Source: Niameybacter sp. (lineage in GTDB: Bacteria; Bacillota; Clostridia; Lachnospirales; Cellulosilyticaceae). Taken from it: a stretch of 64,000 nt of DNA. The notes under the pieces are model-generated. The model saw only the letters and a list, made by a program, of their open reading frames with translations, was not told the DNA's origin and searched no databases. The DNA is taken from NCBI RefSeq assembly GCF_036655075.1, contig NZ_JAVVQU010000002.1, positions 94 to 64,093 of the forward strand, in the 5' to 3' direction. Positions 1 to 7,780 of this stretch are shown piece by piece (position 1 is the stretch's first letter; each line of letters starts with the position of its first letter). The translations under genes were made by a program, and so were the position numbers.

Positions 1-444
1 AAAGCTCTTGAAAAAGCTATGTTGCAATTAGAGCAAGCTAATGAAGAGGAAAAAGCTATTTTAAAATCACAAATTTCTTCTCTTAAAGATAACTTGAAAG
101 CTGCTGAAGAAAAAATGATGCGTGCAAAATCTATGGCTGAACAAACTAAATCTGGCTTTGTTTATATTATATCCAACGTTGGTTCTTTCGGAGAAAATAT
201 TTATAAAATTGGTATGACTAGAAGATTAGATCCAACAGAACGTATTAATGAGTTGTCAAACGCGTCTGTTCCTTTTGCATTTGATATACATGCTACAATT
301 TATACTGACAATGCCCCTGAATTAGAGCGTAACTTACATAAAATGGTCGGAGATAAAAGAGTTAATAAGGTTAACTTAAGAAAAGAATTCTTTGATGTAT
401 CACTCTCTGAAATTGAAGAAGAAAATTCTGAATCAGTTGCATGA
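1..444 (+). CDS. DUF4041/T5orf172 (GIY-YIG-like, MUG113) domain protein, C-terminal part; 5' end lies outside the window
   Basis: Frame 1 is open from base 1. A coiled-coil stretch is followed by GFVYIISN..IYKIGMTRRLDPTERINELSNASVPFAFDIHA..RVNKVNLRKEFF, the conserved T5orf172 core. Confidence 0.75.
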   Translation, partial: KALEKAMLQLEQANEEEKAILKSQISSLKDNLKAAEEKMMRAKSMAEQTKSGFVYIISNVGSFGENIYKIGMTRRLDPTERINELSNASVPFAFDIHATIYTDNAPELERNLHKMVGDKRVNKVNLRKEFFDVSLSEIEEENSESVA

Positions 445-526
445 TACATGGATTAAGGTTTTAAAGGCATGTACAAAGTAATATTTTGTATATGTCTTTT
501 ATTTTAACTATTAGGGGGAATTAAAA

Positions 527-1474
527 ATGAATTATGATTTTATTGCTATTGACTTTGAAACAGCAAACGAAAAACGTATGAGTGTATGCTGTGCTGCGCT
601 CATATTTTTTAAGAACGGGGTTATTATAGACGAGAAAGAATGGTTGATTAAACCACCTGCTATTTGCAACTATTTCAATGATCTAAACATACAAATCCAT
701 GGTATTACACCTGAGCAAGTCGAAACTGCTCCTGAATTTGATACAATCTGGGAGGAATTCTATAGTTATATTGATGGTGAAATGCTTATTGCTCACAATG
801 CACCATTTGACATGGGTGTATTAACTAACTTAATTCATCACTACAATCTAACATCACCTTCTTTAAATTTTGTATGCACTTGTAACATTGCACGTAAAAC
901 TTGGGATAAGCAAGTAAATTATACACTAAAAAATATTGCTAACCAACTCGGTTACCTATTTAATCACCATGATGCTCATGACGATGCCAAAACATGTGGG
1001 AAAATTCTATTAGAAGCTCTTAAAGTACATGGAGTTAATTCTATAGATGAACTTGCCCAAAAGATCGATATGCGTATTGGTAAATTATCTCCTAGTATCG
1101 GCTATATATCCTGTAGTATTTCTAAAGGCTATAAAGGTCTTGGTGGTAAAAATGATGATGTTCGTGTTAAAGATATTGTTGCAGCCACTGCAGAATTTGA
1201 TGAAGACCACCCTCTATTTGAAAAAAAGGTTGTCTTTACAGGCTCTCTAATCAGTATGACCAGACGTGTAGCCTTGCAAAAAGTTGTAGATTGTGGTGGG
1301 CAAATTGCAAAATCCTTTACAAAAGATACTCATTATTTAGTAATGGGACTTCAGGACTATTCACGCTTTGCAGATGGCAAAGAAAGCTCCAAAACTAAGG
1401 CGGCTAAACAATATATTCAAGATGGTCATTCCGTAGAGATTATAGATGAGGATACTTTCTTGAGAATGTTATAG
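527..1474 (+). CDS. DEDDh (DnaQ/epsilon-like) 3'-5' exonuclease fused to a C-terminal BRCT domain
   Basis: Exo motifs are present: IAIDFETAN (Exo I), AHNAPFDMGVL (Exo II), HHDAHDDAKTCG (Exo III, H-x4-D). The C-terminus KKVVFTGSL..MTRRVALQKVVDCGGQIAKSFTKDTHYLVMG is BRCT-like. An AGGGGGAA RBS lies upstream. Confidence 0.8.
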   Translation: MNYDFIAIDFETANEKRMSVCCAALIFFKNGVIIDEKEWLIKPPAICNYFNDLNIQIHGITPEQVETAPEFDTIWEEFYSYIDGEMLIAHNAPFDMGVLTNLIHHYNLTSPSLNFVCTCNIARKTWDKQVNYTLKNIANQLGYLFNHHDAHDDAKTCGKILLEALKVHGVNSIDELAQKIDMRIGKLSPSIGYISCSISKGYKGLGGKNDDVRVKDIVAATAEFDEDHPLFEKKVVFTGSLISMTRRVALQKVVDCGGQIAKSFTKDTHYLVMGLQDYSRFADGKESSKTKAAKQYIQDGHSVEIIDEDTFLRML

Positions 1475-1483
1475 GTTGGTAAT

Positions 1484-1528
1484 AAAAGTAGGAGGTTTAG
1501 CTAGCTACTAACTCAACCTCCTACTTTT
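1484..1528. terminator. Rho-independent terminator after the exonuclease gene (bidirectional shape)
   Basis: Perfect 14-bp stem AAAAGTAGGAGGTT/AACCTCCTACTTTT with a 17-nt loop, followed by a T-rich run. Confidence 0.7.
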
Positions 1529-1668
1529 ATTTTTATTATTTTTCATCAAGGTTAATATTAAAGTGCCAATTAATAACCGAAATATTAAAATTGTGTTATC
1601 TTTTAATTCTTTATAACTATTGCTTATAATTTTGGTAGATATACTCTAATCAGTGATTTAAGTATTTC

Positions 1669-1698
1669 TTGTATTGCAAACGTGTATAATGTTATAAT
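1669..1698 (+). promoter_or_regulatory. Sigma-A-type promoter with extended -10, driving a structured leader and small ORF
   Basis: TTGTAT (1669-1674), 18-nt spacer, TGtTATAAT (1690-1698). The leader downstream has hairpins (CCGTGC/GCACGG, ATAGAT/ATCTAT) and CCTCC (1745-1749) complementary to the SD at 1788-1792. Confidence 0.4.
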
Positions 1699-1803
1699 AA
1701 TCCAGTGAATGCCGTGCAGGGTGGCACGGGGGTTGTAGGATAATCCTCCTTTGAGGCTATGAGATAGATTTGATCTATGTCACAAGCGGAGGGGGTGTTA
1801 TGA

Positions 1804-1980
1804 ATGGACCATGTACTGCTAATGATAATTATAGTGATTGGTATCACTATTTATCCTAGACGAAATACCTTTTTCGATAAAATTAGATTTAAAGCTGGAC
1901 TAAAAGGCTTTGAATTTGAATTAAGTGCAAAAGAAAAGAGTGTTCCACCCGTCAAAAGCGAACACTCTAACCGTAAATAA
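1804..1980 (+). CDS. 58-aa small membrane peptide (candidate type I toxin), below the ORF-track cut-off
   Basis: Hand translation gives MDHVLLMIIIVIGITIYPRRNTFFDKIRFKAGLKGFEFELSAKEKSVPPVKSEHSNRK: one N-terminal TM helix and a charged tail. A strong SD GGAGGGGG (1788-1795) precedes it. An alternative ATG at 1800 gives only 19 non-hydrophobic aa. Confidence 0.4.
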   Translation: MDHVLLMIIIVIGITIYPRRNTFFDKIRFKAGLKGFEFELSAKEKSVPPVKSEHSNRK

Positions 1981-2060
1981 TCTTTTATGATTTTATTCAT
2001 AGCCCCGAAAATTAAAAACCTTCAGGGAAGCATCAGTGTTAGCGCACTGGTGCTTTCTTT
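1928..2060 (-). ncRNA. Candidate cis-antisense sRNA (antitoxin) convergent with the small ORF
   Basis: A minus-strand extended -10 TGtTATAAT lies at 2075-2067. A minus-strand terminator (AGAGTGTTC/GAACACTCT at 1937-1968, then TTTTCTTTT) sits inside the 3' end of the small ORF. The predicted RNA is about 130 nt. Confidence 0.3.
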
Positions 2061-2062
2061 AC
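2026..2062 (+). terminator. Terminator-like hairpin after the small ORF
   Basis: Stem GCATCAGTG/CACTGGTGC (one G-U pair), extendable by GGAA/TTTC, followed by TTTCTTT. Confidence 0.45.
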
Positions 2063-2204
2063 TTATATTATAACACAACACATTTAAAATTAAACAAGGA
2101 ATTTTAAAAATTAATTCTTAAAATTTAAGTTTCTACTCTCTATTGAATAAACTCACTAGATAAAGTATCATAATGAATATAGACATACGGAAAGGATGAA
2201 TCCG

Positions 2205-2495
2205 ATGGAACAAACACTTAATAAAATTTTAGAGGCACTTCAAGTTCTGCAAAAAGGTCAAGAAGATTTGAAGCAAGTACAAGACGAAATCAAAGCTGAT
2301 GTAAAAGAAATTAATCGTAAAGCTGATATTATTTTTAATCAAACAGCTAACCTCACTGAATTTACTACATCAACCTCTTCAAGTCTTAATTCAATAGAGT
2401 ATAAGATTGACTCTATTGAACAAGAGATTGCAACCATAGAAAAAGTAACTGCTAAAAACTGTTACGACATTACTCATTTAAAAGCTATTAAATAA
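2205..2495 (+). CDS. Hypothetical 96-aa coiled-coil protein immediately upstream of the recombinase
   Basis: ORF 2196..2495. The AAAGGA SD abuts ATG 2196, so it better serves ATG 2205. Heptad-like, Q/E/K-rich sequence with no recognisable catalytic motif. Confidence 0.55.
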   Translation: MEQTLNKILEALQVLQKGQEDLKQVQDEIKADVKEINRKADIIFNQTANLTEFTTSTSSSLNSIEYKIDSIEQEIATIEKVTAKNCYDITHLKAIK

Positions 2496-2562
2496 CAACA
2501 CAAACTCTAAGCTCCTTGTAGAATTCTACTTGGGGCTTGTCTTATATACTAGGAGGCATATC

Positions 2563-3129
2563 ATGAAAGTAGCAATCTACTCCCGTAAGTCCAAGACTTC
2601 TGACAAGGGAGAGTCTATAGATAACCAAATTCATATGTGCAAGGAATACGCTGCTGCACATTTTGAGGATCCGGAGTTTTCCATTTTTGAAGATGAAGGC
2701 TTCTCTGGCGGAAATATTAACCGCCCACAATTTAAAATTCTTATTGATGAAATCAAAAAAGGTATGTATGACGTGCTCATGTGCTATCGCTTAGACCGTA
2801 TCAGTAGAAATGTATCGGACTTCTCTTCTACACTTGATTTATTAACTAAGCATAGTATAGGATTTGTATCTATTAAAGAAAACTTTGATACCACAACACC
2901 TATGGGGCGCGCCATGATTCACATCTCTTCTGTATTCGCCCAGTTAGAAAGAGAGACTATAGCTGAGCGTGTTACAGACAACTTGCTTGAACTGGCCAAA
3001 CTGGGGCGCTGGTTAGGAGGCACTTCTCCTCTAGGCTATAAAAGTCAAAAATTTTCTTATGAAACAGGAGGTAAGACTAAATATTATTCTATTCTTGAGC
3101 AGGATCTGGTCACAGCTTCTATTGTTTAA
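2563..3129 (+). CDS. Large serine recombinase, N-terminal resolvase/catalytic part, ended by an in-frame TAA at 3127-3129
   Basis: MKVAIYSRKSK(T)S..ESIDNQ, YRLDRISRN and FAQLERETIAERV are hallmarks of the serine recombinase catalytic domain. An AGGAGG RBS precedes ATG 2563; the track start at 2530 is TTG. Confidence 0.85.
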   Translation: MKVAIYSRKSKTSDKGESIDNQIHMCKEYAAAHFEDPEFSIFEDEGFSGGNINRPQFKILIDEIKKGMYDVLMCYRLDRISRNVSDFSSTLDLLTKHSIGFVSIKENFDTTTPMGRAMIHISSVFAQLERETIAERVTDNLLELAKLGRWLGGTSPLGYKSQKFSYETGGKTKYYSILEQDLVTASIV

Positions 3130-3855
3130 ATGATTTTTGATAAATACTTAGAACTTGGCAGTATCTCCAAAGTTGAAACCTATCTCCTGCAAAATGGGAT
3201 CAAAACCCCTAAGCAGGCAAACTTTAGTTCTAATGTAATTCGGAATATCCTTATCAACCCTGTTTATACTGTAGCTGATGCTACCACTTACGATTATTTT
3301 AACAAGCTTGAATGCATACTTCCTAAATCCAAAGAGGATTTTAACGGGACTTATGGCCTTATGCCTTACAATAGGCACAAAAAAGGTAAAAGCAATTTAG
3401 CCAATCCCAAGGACAAATGGATCATTTCCATTGGAACACATATGCCCATTATATCTAGTATCGACTGGATAAAGGCGCAAAAACAACTTAAAGCCAATAG
3501 TGACCTCGCCTTCTCCAATACTGGTACTTCGCCTGCTTTACTCAGTGGACTGTTATACTGCAAGCACTGTGGTTCCGTTATGCAAGTTGCTGGGCAAGGT
3601 GTGTTAGCGGATGGGACTGTCTGTTACAACTACAGATGTACCACCAAGACCAAGAGCCGTGGCAAACTTTGCAACAGCGACAATATTAGTAAGGGATATG
3701 CCTTTGATGCACTTGTTGTTAAGAGGGTGCGCAAATTAATAGATGCTGCTACACTACATCAAAAGAAAACCCTTATGCGCAACCTAATTAAGCGTATTGA
3801 GTGGGATGGTACCAATGCGGATATCTTCTTTTACTTTAATCAAAGTCCGTTGTGA
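3130..3855 (+). CDS. Large serine recombinase, C-terminal recombinase and zinc-ribbon part, same frame as 2563..3129
   Basis: IFDKYLELGSISKVETYLLQNGIKTP..IRNILINPVY is the recombinase domain. LLYCKHCGS..YNYRC..KLC is the zinc ribbon. The ATG directly follows the TAA (TAAATG) and no SD is present. Confidence 0.8.
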   Translation: MIFDKYLELGSISKVETYLLQNGIKTPKQANFSSNVIRNILINPVYTVADATTYDYFNKLECILPKSKEDFNGTYGLMPYNRHKKGKSNLANPKDKWIISIGTHMPIISSIDWIKAQKQLKANSDLAFSNTGTSPALLSGLLYCKHCGSVMQVAGQGVLADGTVCYNYRCTTKTKSRGKLCNSDNISKGYAFDALVVKRVRKLIDAATLHQKKTLMRNLIKRIEWDGTNADIFFYFNQSPL

Positions 3856-3859
3856 AGGG

Positions 3860-4135
3860 AACCATCCTACCCTTATTCGTATCATGGTAGCCAAATCACT
3901 TCTTCGTAATGCTAAGCCCATCATCATCGCCATTTCCACTAACGACGGCTTAGGCCTTAACTTAGAAAACATTGGTCATCTGCTCCCTAACCAAAGTGTT
4001 TACTTCGTACCCTTTGGTCAAGACAACTGTGTGGCAAAACCTTACTCCTTAGTGGCTGACTTAAATCTTGTACCCGAAACACTTCAACTTGCTCTAGAAG
4101 GCAAACAAATTCAACCTATGTTGATTAAATACTAA
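3860..4135 (+). pseudogene. dpaB: 3' fragment (about the C-terminal 90 codons) of dipicolinate synthase subunit B
   Basis: AKSLLRNAKPIIIAISTNDGLGLNLENIGHLLPNQSVYFVPFGQDNCVAKPYSLVADL..GKQIQPMLIKY matches the C-terminal half of SpoVFB/DpaB. No N-terminal half and no dpaA lie upstream. The first ~20 codons of ORF 3797 read through element DNA. Confidence 0.7.
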
Positions 4136-4187
4136 GTTAACTATTTAATCACCTTTTTGTTGTTATCCTTTTACACCATGATGACTT

Positions 4188-4973
4188 CTAAGCTTCTTGT
4201 CCGTATACTTCTAACTGTGAAAGGGCAGGGAATGGTGAAGGATCGTCTGCTTTTATTAAGTTTCCAATTTCTACCCATTCAATCATTTTAGCTTCAAACT
4301 GAATCTCTTGAGCCTTATCTGTTTTCACTAAATCCCACACCAGTTGACTCCCATCTGAAAAGGTAAGCGTTGCCTGTTCCCACCATGCATCATGTGGAAA
4401 ATCGGCCCGAGTGTAGAGACGTATCTTATCCGTCACAATGCTTCTTCCAAACTCAACTTTCATGACTGCATTTGGATTTTGGTTAATCCCCCATGACTCA
4501 TAAGGCCATATACCGTGGGAATGATTTTCGCAGTTGCCGTTGATGGCATTTTTTGCAGCAAACACAGACTCGCCTCTTGTCTCTACATTGGCAGAGGCAT
4601 GTGGGAAGCAATGAGTATCCCCATGCTGGTCATATTTGTTCAGGGTAAGATTTTTGTATACACCGATTTCTGCCTTTGTCGCCAAACGCGCCTTCAACAA
4701 ATGTATGTTGCCACTAAAACTTTTAGGTGAATAACAGACCTTTTTCTCTCCAAATGGCACGGCATAAGACATTGTCTCCTCTGTTAAGAGAACAAGACTT
4801 TCGCCTATGGCATCATCTAGTTGAAGCATTAAGAAGACTTGCTTTTCACTACAGGTCACTACAATTTTATCGTCCTCTTCGTAAGGCATACTATGGACTA
4901 AATACACCTCATCTACGCCTGCTGCATGGCTAACTAAGGTCTCATCTTTTTTTAAGATTGCTATTTCTAACAT
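4188..4973 (-). CDS. Hypothetical protein with a discoidin/galactose-binding-like C-terminal domain
   Basis: 261-aa ORF. AKNAINGNCENHSHGIWPYESWG..IRLYTRADFPHDAWW..SQLEVYG resembles F5/8 type C-like carbohydrate-binding modules. It is adjacent to kduD and kduI. Confidence 0.5.
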   Translation of the reverse strand: MLEIAILKKDETLVSHAAGVDEVYLVHSMPYEEDDKIVVTCSEKQVFLMLQLDDAIGESLVLLTEETMSYAVPFGEKKVCYSPKSFSGNIHLLKARLATKAEIGVYKNLTLNKYDQHGDTHCFPHASANVETRGESVFAAKNAINGNCENHSHGIWPYESWGINQNPNAVMKVEFGRSIVTDKIRLYTRADFPHDAWWEQATLTFSDGSQLVWDLVKTDKAQEIQFEAKMIEWVEIGNLIKADDPSPFPALSQLEVYGQEA

Positions 4974-5029
4974 GCACTTTCCTCCTTGAAAAATACATCC
5001 TTAACGATTTAAGGATGTATTAAAATGAA

Positions 5030-5836
5030 TTATTTAGGTTGTTTACCAATATAGGCTAAGATGCCACCATCTACATAAAGAATATGTCCATTAACAAAGT
5101 CTGAAGCTTCTGAAGCTAAAAAAACTGCTGGACCACTTAAATCTTCTGGTGCCCCCCAACGTTCTGCCGGTGTTTTAGCAAGAATAAATTGGTCAAATGG
5201 ATGTTTGCTACCATCTGCTTGCACCTGGCGAAGTGGTGCTGTTTGAGGTGTTGCAATATAGCCAGGTCCAATTCCATTACATTGAATATTAAAAGCACCA
5301 TATTCAGAAGCAATGTTTTTGGTAAGCATTTTTAAGCCTCCCTTAGCTGCAGCATAGGCAGATACAGTCTCACGTCCGAGTTCACTCATCATAGAACAAA
5401 TATTGATGATCTTTCCTTGTCTTCTTTGAATCATGGCAGGTAATACAGCCTTAGATACGATAAAGGGTGCATTCAAGTCTACATCGATCACTTCTCTAAA
5501 TTCATCCGCGCTCATTTCACACATAGGAATTCTTTTAATAATCCCTGCATTATTAACAAGAATATCTACACTTCCAATCTCTTCTTCAATCTGTGCAACC
5601 ATTTGATTCACAGCTTGTTCATCCGTTACATTACACACATAACCATGGGCTTTAATGCCTTCTGCTGCATAAGCTGCAAGTCCCATATCCACTTTTTCTT
5701 GAGTCAAATCATTAAAGCACACCGTTGCGCCTGCCTCAGCATAAGCCTTGGCAATAGCAAAACCAATCCCGTATGAAGCACCTGTTATTAAGGCTACTTT
5801 GCCTTCTAGTGAAAAAATATTTTTACGCATCTTCAT
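5030..5836 (-). CDS. kduD: SDR-family 2-dehydro-3-deoxy-D-gluconate 5-dehydrogenase / gluconate 5-dehydrogenase
   Basis: GKVALITGASYGIGFAIA Rossmann motif, NNAG, and the YAAAKGGLKMLTK catalytic YxxxK. It lies directly downstream of kduI. Confidence 0.8.
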   Translation of the reverse strand: MKMRKNIFSLEGKVALITGASYGIGFAIAKAYAEAGATVCFNDLTQEKVDMGLAAYAAEGIKAHGYVCNVTDEQAVNQMVAQIEEEIGSVDILVNNAGIIKRIPMCEMSADEFREVIDVDLNAPFIVSKAVLPAMIQRRQGKIINICSMMSELGRETVSAYAAAKGGLKMLTKNIASEYGAFNIQCNGIGPGYIATPQTAPLRQVQADGSKHPFDQFILAKTPAERWGAPEDLSGPAVFLASEASDFVNGHILYVDGGILAYIGKQPK

Positions 5837-5841
5837 TCCCC

Positions 5842-6705
5842 TTATCTTAAATCTTTATTGTCAATGCCATCCATGTCTGTAAATACTTGATTTTCACCAA
5901 CCATACCCCATATAAATGTATAGGCACGAGAACCACTTCCTGCATGAATAGACCAGCTTGGTGAAATAATCGCTTCCTCATTTCTCATCACAACATGTCT
6001 TGTTTCGGTAGGTTCCCCCATATAATGCATCACAAAAGCATCTTCTGGCATTTCAAAGTAAAGATAAACTTCCATTCTTCTATCATGTGTATGACATGGC
6101 ATGGTATTCCAGACACTCCCTGGTTTTAATGCAGTCATTCCCATGACCAACTGACAGCTTTCTACTTGACCTGGTAAAATGTATTTATTAATCACACGGT
6201 GATTAGACTCTTCCAAACATCCAAGTTCTACACGATTTTCCTCTTTGATGATGACAACGCCTTCTTCTGCTTCCCCTTCAAGTTTAATTAACGTGGTAGG
6301 GTAAGCTGTATGTGCTGGTGCACTATTGATATAGAATTTGGCAGGATGTTCTGGGCATTCACTTCTAAAGGAAATATCTTTTGCGCCCATTCCAATATAC
6401 ATACCATCTTTGTAGTCTAAGGCATAGCTTTTTCCATCTACAACAATCGTACCTGAACCTCCGATATTAATCACACCCATTTCTCTTCTTTGTAAGAAGT
6501 AATCGGCTCTTAGTTCTTCTCCTGCTGCCAGTACAAGTTCTTTGTCTACTGGTACTGCTGCACCTATCATAATACGGTCAATGTGACTGTACACCCATTT
6601 CATTTCATCTTCTACAAAGAGATTTTGAATAAGGAATTCCTCTCTTAAACGCTCTGTTGTGTAATGTTTCACATCTCTTGGGGATACTGCTGTTCTAATT
6701 TCCAT
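5842..6705 (-). CDS. kduI: 5-dehydro-4-deoxy-D-glucuronate isomerase
   Basis: 287-aa cupin protein. The N-terminus MEIRTAVSPRDVKHYTTERLREEFLI and the HTHDRRMEVYLYF metal site are typical of KduI. Confidence 0.85.
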   Translation of the reverse strand: MEIRTAVSPRDVKHYTTERLREEFLIQNLFVEDEMKWVYSHIDRIMIGAAVPVDKELVLAAGEELRADYFLQRREMGVINIGGSGTIVVDGKSYALDYKDGMYIGMGAKDISFRSECPEHPAKFYINSAPAHTAYPTTLIKLEGEAEEGVVIIKEENRVELGCLEESNHRVINKYILPGQVESCQLVMGMTALKPGSVWNTMPCHTHDRRMEVYLYFEMPEDAFVMHYMGEPTETRHVVMRNEEAIISPSWSIHAGSGSRAYTFIWGMVGENQVFTDMDGIDNKDLR

Positions 6706-6889
6706 TTTTTCCGCTCCTTTAACCTATTTGTTAGCACTTGTGCTTTTATATACTTTAGTTTAACATACTATTTTATCTATTTCTTGGCACAAATTGTTCA
6801 AAATATGGGTTTTTTTGAACTTCTTTCATTGAACATTCTTATCTCTATTGCTATACTAAAATGATCTTATGATACAAAAAGGAGCTTAT

Positions 6890-7753
6890 ATGAAAGTACT
6901 TTCTTCCTGCAAAGAAGCTATCACCCACTGTATTGAACACAAATATTTTGCCATTGCGCACCTCTACAAAGAAGAAACAGCCATGAATATGCATATTCAT
7001 GACTGCCTTGAAATTTATTATTCGATCTCGGGTGGTAAACAGTTTTTAATCGGCAACAAATTTTATGGGATTGCTCCTGGCGATATTTTTGTCATTAATC
7101 AATACGAAAGTCATCATCTCACCCAAATAGATACAGAAATTCACGAGAGAATTGTTCTTTCCATCTCTCCAGAATATCTTAAACAACTTTCTTCTGTACA
7201 AACTGATTTATCTTGTTGTTTTCATACCCACTCAGACGCCTTTAGCCATAGACTTTCCTTAAACAAAGAGCAACAACAGCGCTTTTTATATTTCATCAAC
7301 AAAATCACTTCTATTCAGGGATATGGTGAAGACTTACTCCAGCGTGCTGCCTTTATTGAATTAATGATTTTTTTAAACAGTGCCTACCTAGAAAATACCC
7401 AATGCCTCTCCGTAGAAGATCTATCACCTAAATACAATAAACAAGTGGATGATATTTTAGCCTATATCAACCGCCACATTCACGAGACGATTACAACCAA
7501 AAAGCTGTCTCAACAATTCTTCTTAAGTGATTCTTATATTTGTCGCGTCTTTAAAAGTACTACAGGGATGACCATCAATAAGTACCTTACCGCTCGGCGC
7601 ATTAGTATTGCCAAAGCCCTTCTAGCCGATGGTCTAAGCGTCAACGAGGTTTGTGAATGCTGTGGATATAACGATTATAGTAACTTTGTTAAGACCTTTA
7701 CAAAAATAGTAGGCATATCTCCTAAGAAATATGCCCAACTTTCTGTATGCTAA
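6890..7753 (+). CDS. AraC-family transcriptional regulator (cupin sensor plus HTH), divergent from kduI
   Basis: The C-terminus KLSQQFFLSDSYICRVFK..ARRISIAKALL..VCECCGYNDYSNFVKTF is an AraC double HTH. An AAAGGAG RBS favours ATG 6890 over 6869. Confidence 0.85.
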   Translation: MKVLSSCKEAITHCIEHKYFAIAHLYKEETAMNMHIHDCLEIYYSISGGKQFLIGNKFYGIAPGDIFVINQYESHHLTQIDTEIHERIVLSISPEYLKQLSSVQTDLSCCFHTHSDAFSHRLSLNKEQQQRFLYFINKITSIQGYGEDLLQRAAFIELMIFLNSAYLENTQCLSVEDLSPKYNKQVDDILAYINRHIHETITTKKLSQQFFLSDSYICRVFKSTTGMTINKYLTARRISIAKALLADGLSVNEVCECCGYNDYSNFVKTFTKIVGISPKKYAQLSVC

Positions 7754-7780
7754 CAGTCTAACCCCTTCTATCGTAGTGCT

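Noticed and set aside
1800-1859. 19-aa ORF (MNGPCTANDNYSDWYHYLS) starting at the ATG best spaced from the strong SD.
   Set aside because: It is very short with no hydrophobic or other recognisable character. The overlapping 58-aa TM ORF from ATG 1804 uses the same SD and gives a more coherent product. The 19-aa ORF remains possible as a leader peptide.
3797-3859. The ATG at 3797 as a genuine start of a 112-aa protein.
   Set aside because: The first ~20 codons overlap the recombinase 3' end in another frame and bear no resemblance to DpaB. The ORF is an accidental extension of the dpaB 3' fragment into element DNA.
6664-6864. 66-aa hydrophobic ORFs in the kduI/araC and AI-2E promoter regions (6664..6864, 8904..9089, 9542..9766).
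   Set aside because: They are AT-rich intergenic or antisense translations dominated by Phe/Leu/Ile/Tyr. They have no RBS and overlap promoters or terminators.
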